This document shows positions 28,273 through 37,313 of a stretch of DNA of 64,000 nucleotides, in pieces. The stretch is from the NCBI GenBank assembly GCA_040384485.1, contig JAZKJH010000003.1, positions 7,556-71,555 on the forward strand, read 5' to 3'. The translations under genes were made by a program, and so were the position numbers. The DNA is from Patescibacteria group bacterium. GTDB lineage: Bacteria; Patescibacteriota; Minisyncoccia; Phycocordibacterales; DATDWN01. The notes under the pieces were generated by a model, which was not told where the DNA came from, searched no databases, and saw nothing but the letters and a program-made list of their open reading frames with translations. Each line of letters opens with the position of its first letter. The stretch's first letter is position 1.

Positions 28273-28292
28273 ATCGGCTGGTTTGTGTAAAG

Positions 28293-28335
28293 ATAACAAA
28301 AACCAGTACAAAGCTGGTTCTTGCTTCGCACTGGT
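28293..28335 (-). terminator. Rho-independent terminator (ACCAGTGCGAAGC stem family) after the 105-aa ORF
   Basis: Minus strand: ACCAGTGCGAAGCAAGAACCAGCTTTGTACTGGT + TTTTGTT. The stem sequence is shared with the terminator at 28697..28740. Confidence 0.65.
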
Positions 28336-28652
28336 TAAAAACTGAAAAGAACCTTCTGGTACTCATTGGGTTGATCAATCGGAACATACTTCCCTGTTTC
28401 CGAGTCACCCTCCCACTGATACCAATACTGTGCCGCTTCGGTGTCTAGGCCTCCGTAAAGCTGGTTGGCCTCGAACTCTACCACCAAGGCAAAATCGTAT
28501 GACTTCTCGAAAATATCTCCGATATTTTCCTCCACGACTTTCTTTGCTTGTTGCAAATCGGTGCAGATTGCAACTGTGCGAGCCCCACCAAATCTTTCTG
28601 CTGCTGGACTTGGCCAACCCTGAACTATTGTGATTACTGAATAAAGTTTCAA
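28335..28652 (-). CDS. Hypothetical acidic protein (105 aa), GC-rich, TTG start
   Basis: GGAGGG RBS 6 nt before the TTG start. Upstream TTGACA...TATTGT promoter-like elements. Local GC ~53% versus ~35% background. Confidence 0.5.
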   Translation of the reverse strand: MKLYSVITIVQGWPSPAAERFGGARTVAICTDLQQAKKVVEENIGDIFEKSYDFALVVEFEANQLYGGLDTEAAQYWYQWEGDSETGKYVPIDQPNEYQKVLFSF

Positions 28653-28696
28653 AATCCCTCCGATACAATAATGCCTTTAAAACAAATTTTGTCAAT

Positions 28697-28740
28697 ACAA
28701 AACAAAAACCAGTGCGAAGCTCTGCTTGCTTCGCACTGGT
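28697..28740 (-). terminator. Rho-independent terminator (same ACCAGTGCGAAGC stem) after ORF 28745..29146
   Basis: Minus strand: ACCAGTGCGAAGCAAGCAGAGCTTCGCACTGGT + TTTTGTTTTG. Confidence 0.65.
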
Positions 28741-28744
28741 CAAA

Positions 28745-29146
28745 CTATTTCTTTTTTGGACAGCTGTTAGGAACTGCTGAAACAGAGACTCCACCGTTTG
28801 AGGAGTAACTGTTCCCTGCATAGACCATAACTCCGTTACTGGTGTCACAGAATGCAAAAACATAACCTGGTGATGTCGCACGAGGATGTGAGCTGTCCTT
28901 GGGAAGCTGAACCCATCCCGCAATAACCATCCCTTGGTTATGTTGTCCGCCCAGCTGATCCAATGACTGAACTTGCGCTGAGCTTTGCGCAACAGCATTG
29001 CTCTTCACTTGCTCTGAAGCTTCCACCTTTTCATCATGAGCGTAGAAATACTCACGAATAATGTAGCCGCTTGATGCGAAAACTACAATGAAGAGCGCAA
29101 TTCCAACTACGTACGGCCAAGGAGTCTTTTCTCTTTCTTGTGACAT
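28745..29146 (-). CDS. Hypothetical membrane-anchored protein (133 aa from MSQEREK), GC-rich
   Basis: TM helix PWPYVVGIALFIVVFASSGYII. Ser/Gly/Asn-rich C-terminal half. Start refined from the ORF-track 29197 to M18. Confidence 0.5.
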   Translation of the reverse strand: MSQEREKTPWPYVVGIALFIVVFASSGYIIREYFYAHDEKVEASEQVKSNAVAQSSAQVQSLDQLGGQHNQGMVIAGWVQLPKDSSHPRATSPGYVFAFCDTSNGVMVYAGNSYSSNGGVSVSAVPNSCPKKK

Positions 29147-29189
29147 GTAAAACCTCTCTGCGGATACACTAACATAGTAGTTTAAATAG

Positions 29190-29221
29190 TCAAACAAAAC
29201 CCGCCTTTCGGCGGTTTTGTT
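29190..29221 (-). terminator. Rho-independent terminator downstream of efp
   Basis: CCGCCGAAAGGCGG hairpin followed by GUUUUGUUUG on the minus strand. Confidence 0.65.
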
Positions 29222-29800
29222 TTAGAATCCTCCTCCTGCTCTTTCTGTGTATTCTCCTGATTCCGTGTTTACTCTTACAACCTCCCCTTCTTTTATAAAC
29301 ATCGGTACTTGTATCTCAGCTCCGGTCTCAAGCTTTACAGTCTTTGTGGCCCCTTGAGCTGTGTTACCTTTTACGGCTGGGTGAGCTTCTGTAACTTTCA
29401 GTTCCACTTTGATAGGGACTTTTACACCTATTGTTTTTTCATTAAAAGATAGTACTTCTACAAGGGAATCTTTTTTAATAAACTTTGCTGGTTTTCCGAT
29501 AAATGATTCCTCTATTTTATACCTGTCACTAGGATTCTCTGGATCACAGAACCAATACTCTCCCCTGTTTTCATATAAAAACTTTACCTCTCTAGATTCA
29601 ATCTCAGCTTCTGCTACTTTTTCTGAAACGTGAAAAGAATGCTCAGTTACCTTGCCAGTAATGAGGTTCTTTAGTTTTGTGGCGTTAACAGGTTTCCGCT
29701 GTTGCTTTCTAAACACGTGTGAGGTAAGCACCTCCCAAGGTTCACCGTCCAGAACGATGTATTTTCTCTCAACTATTTCGTTGTATTCTAACATTGCCAT
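29222..29800 (-). CDS. efp: Translation elongation factor P
   Basis: Typical EF-P N-terminus MAMLEYNEI...YIVLDGEPWEVL and three-domain length of 192 aa. Confidence 0.9.
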   Translation of the reverse strand: MAMLEYNEIVERKYIVLDGEPWEVLTSHVFRKQQRKPVNATKLKNLITGKVTEHSFHVSEKVAEAEIESREVKFLYENRGEYWFCDPENPSDRYKIEESFIGKPAKFIKKDSLVEVLSFNEKTIGVKVPIKVELKVTEAHPAVKGNTAQGATKTVKLETGAEIQVPMFIKEGEVVRVNTESGEYTERAGGGF

Positions 29801-29951
29801 GATGGTAATAGATTATGGATTAAAGAATTCATTAAACTTTCAAAATCTGGATGAAATCCGCGGCGGATGAGAAAAATAATTGGAGACGTACAAAAGTACG
29901 GTGACAATTATTTTTAGAAATCCAACAAAGGAGTTCGCCAGATTTGGAAGT

Positions 29952-30152
29952 TTATCGACTTACGTAAGGAAGTAGTCCCATGAACCTAGCTCGTTTAATA
30001 GCATTAGCCAAATTTCTTTGGTGATGAGCTGTGATTCCTGTTCTCTTTCGAGACAAGATTCGAGCATGTGGGTTTAAGAATTTCTTCAAAACCTCCACAT
30101 CCTTGTGGTCTATATGTTTTATATTATTTTCAGTAAAGTAACACTTTTTCAT
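29952..30152 (-). CDS. rpsR: 30S ribosomal protein S18
   Basis: ...[43 protein letters not shown]. Confidence 0.9.
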   Translation of the reverse strand: MKKCYFTENNIKHIDHKDVEVLKKFLNPHARILSRKRTGITAHHQRNLANAIKRARFMGLLPYVSR

Positions 30153-30319
30153 AATTTTAATTTTCTAATTTTTAATTTTTTATTTACTTGAGTTGAGCAG
30201 GTTTCAAATTTGAGACAAGGTCGAGGCAAAAGTTTTGAGAGAATCCGAGGCGTATTAAATATACGGTGAGGATTGTCGAGAAGCTTTTAACGAAGAGATT
30301 GTCCAAATTTGGAAACTGA

Positions 30320-30769
30320 TTAAAAAGGGATGTCTTCAGGGTTTATCTCCTCCTCTGGATACTCTATAGAGTCCAACCCTTTATCCTCACTCGCCTTTGC
30401 AGGACTTCCAGCTGCTGGTTCACTGTAGTTAGAACCTCCTTCTTTTTTAGGACCGAATTGAATTCTGTCCGCAATAACTTCTGTTCTGTATTTTTTAACT
30501 CCTGTAGCATCGTCCCAACTTCGTGTCTGCATTCTTCCTTCAATCAAGATAGAGTTCCCTTTCTTCATGTACTGACTAACAATATCTGCTTGTTTTCCGA
30601 ACACAACTACATTGTGATAATCCACATTTTCTTGCTTAACACCGTTTTTGTCTTTCCAAACCCGGTTAGTAGCGAGAGAGAAGCTAGCTACTTTAATACC
30701 CGAAGGAAGAACTTTGACTTCTGGATCTCGAGTCAAGTTTCCTATAAGCATTGCTCTGTTTAAATACAT
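30320..30769 (-). CDS. ssb: Single-stranded DNA-binding protein
   Basis: OB-fold MLIGNLTRDPEV..., acidic C-terminal tail ending DIPF. Confidence 0.95.
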   Translation of the reverse strand: MYLNRAMLIGNLTRDPEVKVLPSGIKVASFSLATNRVWKDKNGVKQENVDYHNVVVFGKQADIVSQYMKKGNSILIEGRMQTRSWDDATGVKKYRTEVIADRIQFGPKKEGGSNYSEPAAGSPAKASEDKGLDSIEYPEEEINPEDIPF

Positions 30770-30786
30770 ATTTTTGTTATTAGCTT

Positions 30787-31254
30787 TTAAACTACTGCAA
30801 CTTCTTCTTCAGCAACAACTTCCTCTTTTGGAAGCTCAGCTTCTTCTTGACTATCTTCAGCAACATCTTCTCTTCTTGATTTCTCCTCCTTCAATAGCTT
30901 CATTTTACCATTGATAAGAGTATTCTCTTTTACTGTCTTGATAATTAAATGTCTTAGGATTTCATTGTCAGCATCGAAGTTTTTCTTTACTGCTTCTATC
31001 CCTTTTATTTCAGCCTCTGACTCAAGTGGAATTTCAAACTTGATCCAACCAAAGTAACCTTTGTTAACTTTGTGGCGCAATGTTGAAACTACCTTTGTCA
31101 TTGGGTAAGCGAGGTCAATAAGGACTGGGTCCTCATCGGAAATCAACTCACCGCCTGCCTGGCTCACCACCTCTTTAAGAGATGCTGCCTTAGCAGGAAC
31201 TTGCTCTACAGCAAGGGACGGAAGAAGCAAATACGACACTTCGTATACTGTCAT
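30787..31254 (-). CDS. rpsF: 30S ribosomal protein S6 with acidic C-terminal extension
   Basis: MTVYEVSYLLLPSL... S6 fold. AAGGAG RBS before ATG at 31254. Classic rpsF-ssb-rpsR order. Confidence 0.85.
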   Translation of the reverse strand: MTVYEVSYLLLPSLAVEQVPAKAASLKEVVSQAGGELISDEDPVLIDLAYPMTKVVSTLRHKVNKGYFGWIKFEIPLESEAEIKGIEAVKKNFDADNEILRHLIIKTVKENTLINGKMKLLKEEKSRREDVAEDSQEEAELPKEEVVAEEEVAVV

Positions 31255-31331
31255 TTTGTCTCCTTTTTCTTGTATTTTTTCTGTTTCCATAAGGCCAAGA
31301 ATATCACAATAACTCCCTATCTGCAATAGCG

Positions 31332-32132
31332 CTACTGAATACCGAAAACCCTAGAAATATTGACCAAAATGGCACTTTTTGTATCTTCTAAAGAAAGCTC
31401 TTTTAGTTCGGCTATTCTAGCTACCACCTTGTCTACATAGTATGGAGAGTTACGTTGCCCCCTGTAAGGCTCTGGAGCAACAAAGGGTGCATCTGTTTCT
31501 GACATAAGCATATCTATCGGGGTCGCCTTTATTAACTCGTCGTAGTCCTTGGTAAAGGTTATTACACCAGTAAAAGATACTGTAAAACCTAAGCTCAAAA
31601 ATCTTTTAAGCACCTCCGTATCTCCAGCAAAAAAGTGAGCGTTACCTTTCAGGGCTCCTCCCGAAGTCCTGTGGTGATGCTCCAGAATATCGAGGGCATC
31701 AGAATATGCATCCATAGTTCCTTTGCTACTCCTTATATGAAGCATCAGTGGTTTGTTCAAAGTTAGGGCTAGGTCGATATGATATTCAAAAATTGTTTTT
31801 TGGATTGATTTTAAAACACCATCATCTGGACTCATTCTAAAATAGTCCAGACCAGTTTCTCCTACAGCTACCACTTTTGGATGATTCCCTAACTTTTCAA
31901 GCCTTGTATCAAACACAGTATCCAAGGTGATATCTCCCGGATGCTGTCCAATACAAGCAAAAAGATTCTCATACTTATCTGCAAACTCAACACATGTTTG
32001 GCTGGTAGCAAAATCCACACCTATAGAGATAGTCCCTATCTTGGCTTCTTTCATTTTTTCTATTTCCTCCTCTCTGTCTTTATCGAATCCAGAAAAATAA
32101 AGATGGGAGTGAATATCAAAGTATTCAAACAT
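31332..32132 (-). CDS. tatD: TatD-family metal-dependent deoxyribonuclease/hydrolase
   Basis: FDIHSHL...(H-x-H), ...EIGLD..., typical TatD motifs. 266 aa. Confidence 0.85.
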   Translation of the reverse strand: MFEYFDIHSHLYFSGFDKDREEEIEKMKEAKIGTISIGVDFATSQTCVEFADKYENLFACIGQHPGDITLDTVFDTRLEKLGNHPKVVAVGETGLDYFRMSPDDGVLKSIQKTIFEYHIDLALTLNKPLMLHIRSSKGTMDAYSDALDILEHHHRTSGGALKGNAHFFAGDTEVLKRFLSLGFTVSFTGVITFTKDYDELIKATPIDMLMSETDAPFVAPEPYRGQRNSPYYVDKVVARIAELKELSLEDTKSAILVNISRVFGIQ

Positions 32133-32133
32133 T

Positions 32134-33573
32134 TTAGTCTTTTCTTACAAACAGTGGGCTACTCGGAGTTTTGTTTGCTTTTATTAACTCTTTTATTTTT
32201 GTAGATGTTTCAGGCATTATTGGGTTTAATATTCTTGCCACTGAATACAAACCGACTGCTAGTTCGGTTACCATTTTCTCCCCTGCCTCCTTGTCAGTTT
32301 TTATAACCTTGAAAGGTTGGTTGTTTTGTATGTATGAGTCTAGCTCACTTATTTTCTCCCAAATGAAACCCACCGCCTTGCTTATCTCAAAATTATTTAG
32401 GTGAACGAAATACTCTTCCATGTTCTCGGACTCAGCGATACTAACCGGTGATGACAGGTTATCACTAGCCATTTTCATTATTCTAGAAACCAAGTTCCCA
32501 ACCCCGTTTGCGAACTTGGCATTATATATTTCCTTCAATCTGTCTTTTGAAACACTACTGTCCTCAAAATTAGATAACTCTCCGGCGACATAGTACCGCA
32601 AGAAATCCACACCGTATTCATCTATTATTTCTTTTGGACCAACAACATTACCCAAAGACTTACTCATTTTTCTGCCGTCTTCTGCATTAATGAAACCGTT
32701 GATAACAATGTTGTTACTTGGGTTAAGACCAGCTGACATAAGCATTGCCTGCCACATTGCCGACTGTTGTCTTAGATTGTCTTTACCACAATACTGCACC
32801 GGAGTTCCGTTTACCCAATATTTTTCGTAATTAGTTAAATCCTCAGGCCAACCCAGAGTAGAGATGTAGTTTACTAGTGCATCAAACCAAACGTACATAA
32901 CATGATCCAGGTCGTTTGGCACAGGCACACCCCAAGGCATTTTTGATTTAAGTCTGGAAATACTGAAATCCTCTAATCCCCTTTCAACAAAAGCTTTGAT
33001 CTCATTGAATCTAAAATCTGGTAGAACAAAATTTGGGTTTTTGGCATACAAATCCAAAAGTTTAGTTTGGTACTTACTAAACCTAAAAAAATAATTCTCT
33101 TCTTCTCTTATTTCCAACTCCTTATTTGGGTGCACGGGACACTTACCATCCTCCAAATCTGAATCCTGTTTTTCCAACTCACAACCGATACAATATTTAA
33201 CTTTGTAGTTCTTTTTGTATATATCATCATTATCCAGACACTTCTGCCAAAAAGCTTGAGCTGCTTTTATATGATGTTCGTCGGTTGTTCTGATAAAGTG
33301 CAAGTCATCACTTAGTCCCAGCAATCCTTTTAAGTCTTTGAAACTTTCAGCATATTTATCTACATAAGATTTCACATCGGTTCCTGCACTAACAGCGTTT
33401 TCGTATATTTTTTGCCCATGCTCGTCAGTTCCTGTGTTAAAAAACACATCAAAATCTTGAAGTTTTTTTGAGCGTGCGATTATGTCTGCACGAATAATCT
33501 CCATAGCGAAACCTAAGTGAGGCTCGGAGTTCACATACGGCAGAGTTGTTGTTATATAAAAGTTTTTACTCAT
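32134..33573 (-). CDS. metG: Methionyl-tRNA synthetase (short form)
   Basis: FYITT.LPY.N..PHLG, NTGTDEHGQKI, KMSKSLGN. The HIGH motif reads HLGF (second His replaced by Phe; checked codon by codon). Confidence 0.9.
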   Translation of the reverse strand: MSKNFYITTTLPYVNSEPHLGFAMEIIRADIIARSKKLQDFDVFFNTGTDEHGQKIYENAVSAGTDVKSYVDKYAESFKDLKGLLGLSDDLHFIRTTDEHHIKAAQAFWQKCLDNDDIYKKNYKVKYCIGCELEKQDSDLEDGKCPVHPNKELEIREEENYFFRFSKYQTKLLDLYAKNPNFVLPDFRFNEIKAFVERGLEDFSISRLKSKMPWGVPVPNDLDHVMYVWFDALVNYISTLGWPEDLTNYEKYWVNGTPVQYCGKDNLRQQSAMWQAMLMSAGLNPSNNIVINGFINAEDGRKMSKSLGNVVGPKEIIDEYGVDFLRYYVAGELSNFEDSSVSKDRLKEIYNAKFANGVGNLVSRIMKMASDNLSSPVSIAESENMEEYFVHLNNFEISKAVGFIWEKISELDSYIQNNQPFKVIKTDKEAGEKMVTELAVGLYSVARILNPIMPETSTKIKELIKANKTPSSPLFVRKD

Positions 33574-33575
33574 AG

Positions 33576-34649
33576 TTATGAATTTAACATTTTTTCCATT
33601 TTTTCTATTTTATCTTTCTCGAAGTCATTGAAGAACTCTAGTATTACAGCTGAGATAGGCACGGCCAATATAAGACCGATAAAACCGACTAGTTCCCATC
33701 CTGCGGCCAGTGCCACAATAGAAACCACTGGAGACACTCCGACCACTTTTTTCACCACCAAAGGATAGATGAGTTGGTTTTCAAATTGATGAACAATAAG
33801 ATATAGCCCCATTACTATAACCGCCATCGGCAACCCTCCACTAACAAAAGCAATTAGTATGGCAGGTATAGATGCAAGAATCGGACCGAACAGAGGTATT
33901 ATTTCAAATATCGCTGCAAGAACAGCAAGAAGCAGCGCGTTTGGAACACTCAAAAGGGTTAGTCCTAGATACACCAACATTCCTATGATAACTGCCAGCA
34001 CGAGTTGTCCTTGCATCCAAAGCCCGATTTTTTTCTGAGAGCGTTTCCACAACGAGACGATGTAGTTCTCATGTTTGATGGTGGTGATAGCCTTCAAAAA
34101 CTTAGCCACACCGTCCTCTTCTACTGCCAAATAGAAAGATAAAATAATAGTTAGAATAAAACTAAGTACCCCTCCAAAGAAAGTGGCCAGACTTCCGAAA
34201 GTGTTTGAATATATCCCGGCCATAACGGTGTTGATTCCATGAATAACGTCGTCAAAATTAAACGTATTGGCTATACCGGTGATTGATTCTCCAACAAGAC
34301 CAGTAGTACTCACAGTTTCTACACCTTCCTTGGCACTCATATATGCTGGAAAGTTACGGAGAAAGTCGCTAGATTCAGAAAGCAATGGGATAAGTAGGAA
34401 AAATACTGCACCAACTAGGAACATGGCTATGAGTAAATAGATGAGAATGACTGCAAACAATCTTGGGATTTTTCTTTTTACAAACCATTGAGTTCCGGGT
34501 TCAATAGCAGAAGCTATAACTATCGACATTAGGAGTACTAGCACTAGATCCTTAAGTAAATACAAAGTAAGAAACAAAAGAATAACAACTATCGCTTTTG
34601 TGATTGTTCCTAGACTTATTGCTATTACGTTGTCTTTTATCTCTGGCAT
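33576..34649 (-). CDS. AI-2E family transporter (UPF0118/PerM-like)
   Basis: 8 TM helices with the characteristic central hydrophilic loop. 357 aa. Confidence 0.75.
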   Translation of the reverse strand: MPEIKDNVIAISLGTITKAIVVILLFLTLYLLKDLVLVLLMSIVIASAIEPGTQWFVKRKIPRLFAVILIYLLIAMFLVGAVFFLLIPLLSESSDFLRNFPAYMSAKEGVETVSTTGLVGESITGIANTFNFDDVIHGINTVMAGIYSNTFGSLATFFGGVLSFILTIILSFYLAVEEDGVAKFLKAITTIKHENYIVSLWKRSQKKIGLWMQGQLVLAVIIGMLVYLGLTLLSVPNALLLAVLAAIFEIIPLFGPILASIPAILIAFVSGGLPMAVIVMGLYLIVHQFENQLIYPLVVKKVVGVSPVVSIVALAAGWELVGFIGLILAVPISAVILEFFNDFEKDKIEKMEKMLNS

Positions 34650-34689
34650 ACCCCAATAGTATCACTACCACTAACGTTTGTAAAAAATA

Positions 34690-35958
34690 CTAAAAATGTA
34701 GAATTTTTTTGAGATTTGAGTCGTCTTTTATATTGCCGACAACTGCCATGTTTAGACTTTCGTCCACAAAAATTTCTTTAGCTAGATTCTGGATATCTTG
34801 TGCAGTAATTTGCTGCATTTTATCAGCAAGTTCTTCCGGAGTAATTATTGGCACACCTATTGCATCCTGGTTCGCGTAATAGCGGGCAACATCATTTGAA
34901 GATTCTAAGTCTAAATACATGCCTCCAATCGCATAATCCTTTGCTTTTTTTAATTCCTCTTCAGAAATTATTTCATTTTTAAAACGATTTAATTCGGCGA
35001 TAATAGCGAGCGTGATTTCTTCTATCCTATTCAAGTCAATTCCGGATGAGATAGCTAAAAAACCATGATCAGTAGCTTCTTCTGTTTGAGCATGTACATA
35101 ATAACAAGCTCCCATTTCTTCACGAAGTTTTCTCCAGAGTCTGCCGCTCATACCACCACTCAAGACAGAAACAAGTACTTTAAGTGTTGTGTTTCTTTTG
35201 TCATGAGCATCAAAGGTTCTGATAGCTATACATATATGAGTCTGGTCGGATTCTTTGGTATGAATTTTTAGAGCAGGTTCGGTTTGTGCCTCTGTAACTT
35301 TTTGTTTTAGTGACTTGTCCCCAGTTGAAATACCGGAAAAAAGGTTTTCAATCTTTTGAACAACAATTGCTTCGCCAAAGTCGCCCGCAACGACTACGGT
35401 GGTTGCAGAAGCTACATAATGCTTTTTTCTGTATTCAATAAAATCTTCTCTGGAAATAGATTTAATATTTTCTTTTGGACCGACTATACTACGTCCTGCG
35501 GGTTGGTTTCCGTACATAAGCTCCATGAGCACAAACTGAACTTTGGCAGGAAGATAATCCTCGTACATATTTATCTCCTCTATAATAACCCCTCTCTCTT
35601 TTTCTATTTCCTCCGAAGGCAAAGTTGAGTTTAAATATATATCTGAAACAATATCCAAAACTTTTTCAGCATGTTTTGAATGGCTTTTTATAAAATAGTT
35701 TGTCCATTCTGTAGACGTAAAAGCATTAGAAATAGAGCCCATACTGTCAGTTTCTATTGCGATATCTAATGGCCTTGGTCTCTTCTCTGTTCCTTTAAAA
35801 CACATATGCTCCAGAAAATGTGAGATTCCGTTCTGTTCTTTAGTTTCGTACTCTGATCCGGTTTTTACAAGAGTCATCACAGTCACGCTCGGACTATTCT
35901 TCATCGGTATAGTTATAACGGTTAAACCGTTATTGAGTTTGGTTTTTTTGTATTCCAT
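34690..35958 (-). CDS. M16-family zinc peptidase (insulinase/pitrilysin-like)
   Basis: HFLEHMCFKGT inverted zinc-binding HxxEH motif. Confidence 0.8.
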   Translation of the reverse strand: MEYKKTKLNNGLTVITIPMKNSPSVTVMTLVKTGSEYETKEQNGISHFLEHMCFKGTEKRPRPLDIAIETDSMGSISNAFTSTEWTNYFIKSHSKHAEKVLDIVSDIYLNSTLPSEEIEKERGVIIEEINMYEDYLPAKVQFVLMELMYGNQPAGRSIVGPKENIKSISREDFIEYRKKHYVASATTVVVAGDFGEAIVVQKIENLFSGISTGDKSLKQKVTEAQTEPALKIHTKESDQTHICIAIRTFDAHDKRNTTLKVLVSVLSGGMSGRLWRKLREEMGACYYVHAQTEEATDHGFLAISSGIDLNRIEEITLAIIAELNRFKNEIISEEELKKAKDYAIGGMYLDLESSNDVARYYANQDAIGVPIITPEELADKMQQITAQDIQNLAKEIFVDESLNMAVVGNIKDDSNLKKILHF

Positions 35959-35960
35959 AT

Positions 35961-37271
35961 CTAGATTTGTGTTTTAATAAAAGCGATCAACTCTTCTACC
36001 GTAATTCTTTTTTGTTCGCCTGTGTCTCTATCTCTCACTGTAACTCCTGCATCTTTTTCAATAGTTTCGAAATCGACAGTAACACACCAAGGAGTACCTA
36101 TCTCGTCTTGTCTTCTGTATCTTTTTCCAATATTACCGTTGTCGTCAAATTCAACAGCACCGAACTCCTTTTTCAACAGTTTATATACTTCTCTAGCCTT
36201 CTCTACTAGTTCTGGCTTGTTTTTAAGCAAAGGAAAGACAGCTATTTTAACAGGAGCTATGCTTGGTTTGAATGCGAGATACGGACGAACCTCTCCGTCT
36301 TTTTCTTCTTCCTTGTATGCAGAAACTAGAACTGCCAAAAGAGTTCTGCCGTGTCCAAATGACGGCTCTACCACGTGAGGAGTAAATCTATTTTTGTTTT
36401 CTTCTTCAAAATAAGAAAGTTCAGTCCCGGACTCTTCACTGTGTTTTCTCAAATCATAGTCTCCTCGGTATGCCAAACCATACAACTCCTTTTTACCAAA
36501 CGGGTAATCGAACTCGAAATCGATAGTTCGTTTAGAATAGTGTGCTCTGTCTTCTTCACCCACTTCTAACTCGTGAACCATACTCTTTTCTATCCCAACT
36601 CTTTCAATCCATCTCCACATCTCACTTCTCCACATTTCAAAATACTTATCCCAAGTTTCTTCTCTAACAAAATATTCAAACTCCATCAAGTCAAATTCTC
36701 TAACTCTGAAAATAAAATCTCTTGGGGCTATTTCGTTTCTATATGCTTTACCTATCTGGGCAATACCGAAAGGTAGTTTTGGTCGCATTGTGTCCAAAAT
36801 ATTTTTGAAGTTCAAAAACATTCCTGGCGCTATCTCACCTCGTAGATATGCCACACTATCGCCCCCACTACCGACATTTACCGGGAACATCAAGTTAAAC
36901 TTTTTTTCCTCGCCTAGTTTTCCACCACAGTCTGGGCATTTAGTTTTATCTTCCAAGTGATCAGCTCTAAAACGATGATGGCATTTCTCACACTCTATAA
37001 CAGGATCTGCGAAGCCTGCCAAGTGTCCTGAGGCTCTCCATACTGCCTCTGGCATTATAGTTGCTGTAGAGATACCGAACATATTTTCCTGTTCTTTGAC
37101 GAAGTGCTTCCACCACAAATCCTTTATATTGTTGGAGAGTTCCTGTCCGTAGTGACCGTAGTCGTAAACACCAGAAAGACCGCCGTATATTTCAGAACCT
37201 TGAAATATAAAACCTCGCCTCTTACAAAGAGATACTATTTTTTCCATTAAGTCGTTTTTTGTGTCTGCCAT
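35961..37271 (-). CDS. glyQS: Glycyl-tRNA synthetase (alpha2 dimeric type)
   Basis: N-terminus ...LCKRRGFIFQGSEIYGGLSGVYDYGHYG... and class II core motifs. Confidence 0.9.
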   Translation of the reverse strand: MADTKNDLMEKIVSLCKRRGFIFQGSEIYGGLSGVYDYGHYGQELSNNIKDLWWKHFVKEQENMFGISTATIMPEAVWRASGHLAGFADPVIECEKCHHRFRADHLEDKTKCPDCGGKLGEEKKFNLMFPVNVGSGGDSVAYLRGEIAPGMFLNFKNILDTMRPKLPFGIAQIGKAYRNEIAPRDFIFRVREFDLMEFEYFVREETWDKYFEMWRSEMWRWIERVGIEKSMVHELEVGEEDRAHYSKRTIDFEFDYPFGKKELYGLAYRGDYDLRKHSEESGTELSYFEEENKNRFTPHVVEPSFGHGRTLLAVLVSAYKEEEKDGEVRPYLAFKPSIAPVKIAVFPLLKNKPELVEKAREVYKLLKKEFGAVEFDDNGNIGKRYRRQDEIGTPWCVTVDFETIEKDAGVTVRDRDTGEQKRITVEELIAFIKTQI

Positions 37272-37313
37272 ATATCGTTTATACTACCCCGTCTTTTAAC
37301 TTTAGCCAAATAC

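Noticed and set aside
28405-28998. 197-aa ORF 28405..28998 and other overlapping ORFs in the GC-rich patches (also 43808..44164, 43767..44042, 43939..44124, 43980..44174)
   Set aside because: High GC produces long open frames in several phases. Only the frames with an identifiable promoter, RBS/start and terminator (28335..28652, 28745..29146, 43772..44140) were accepted.
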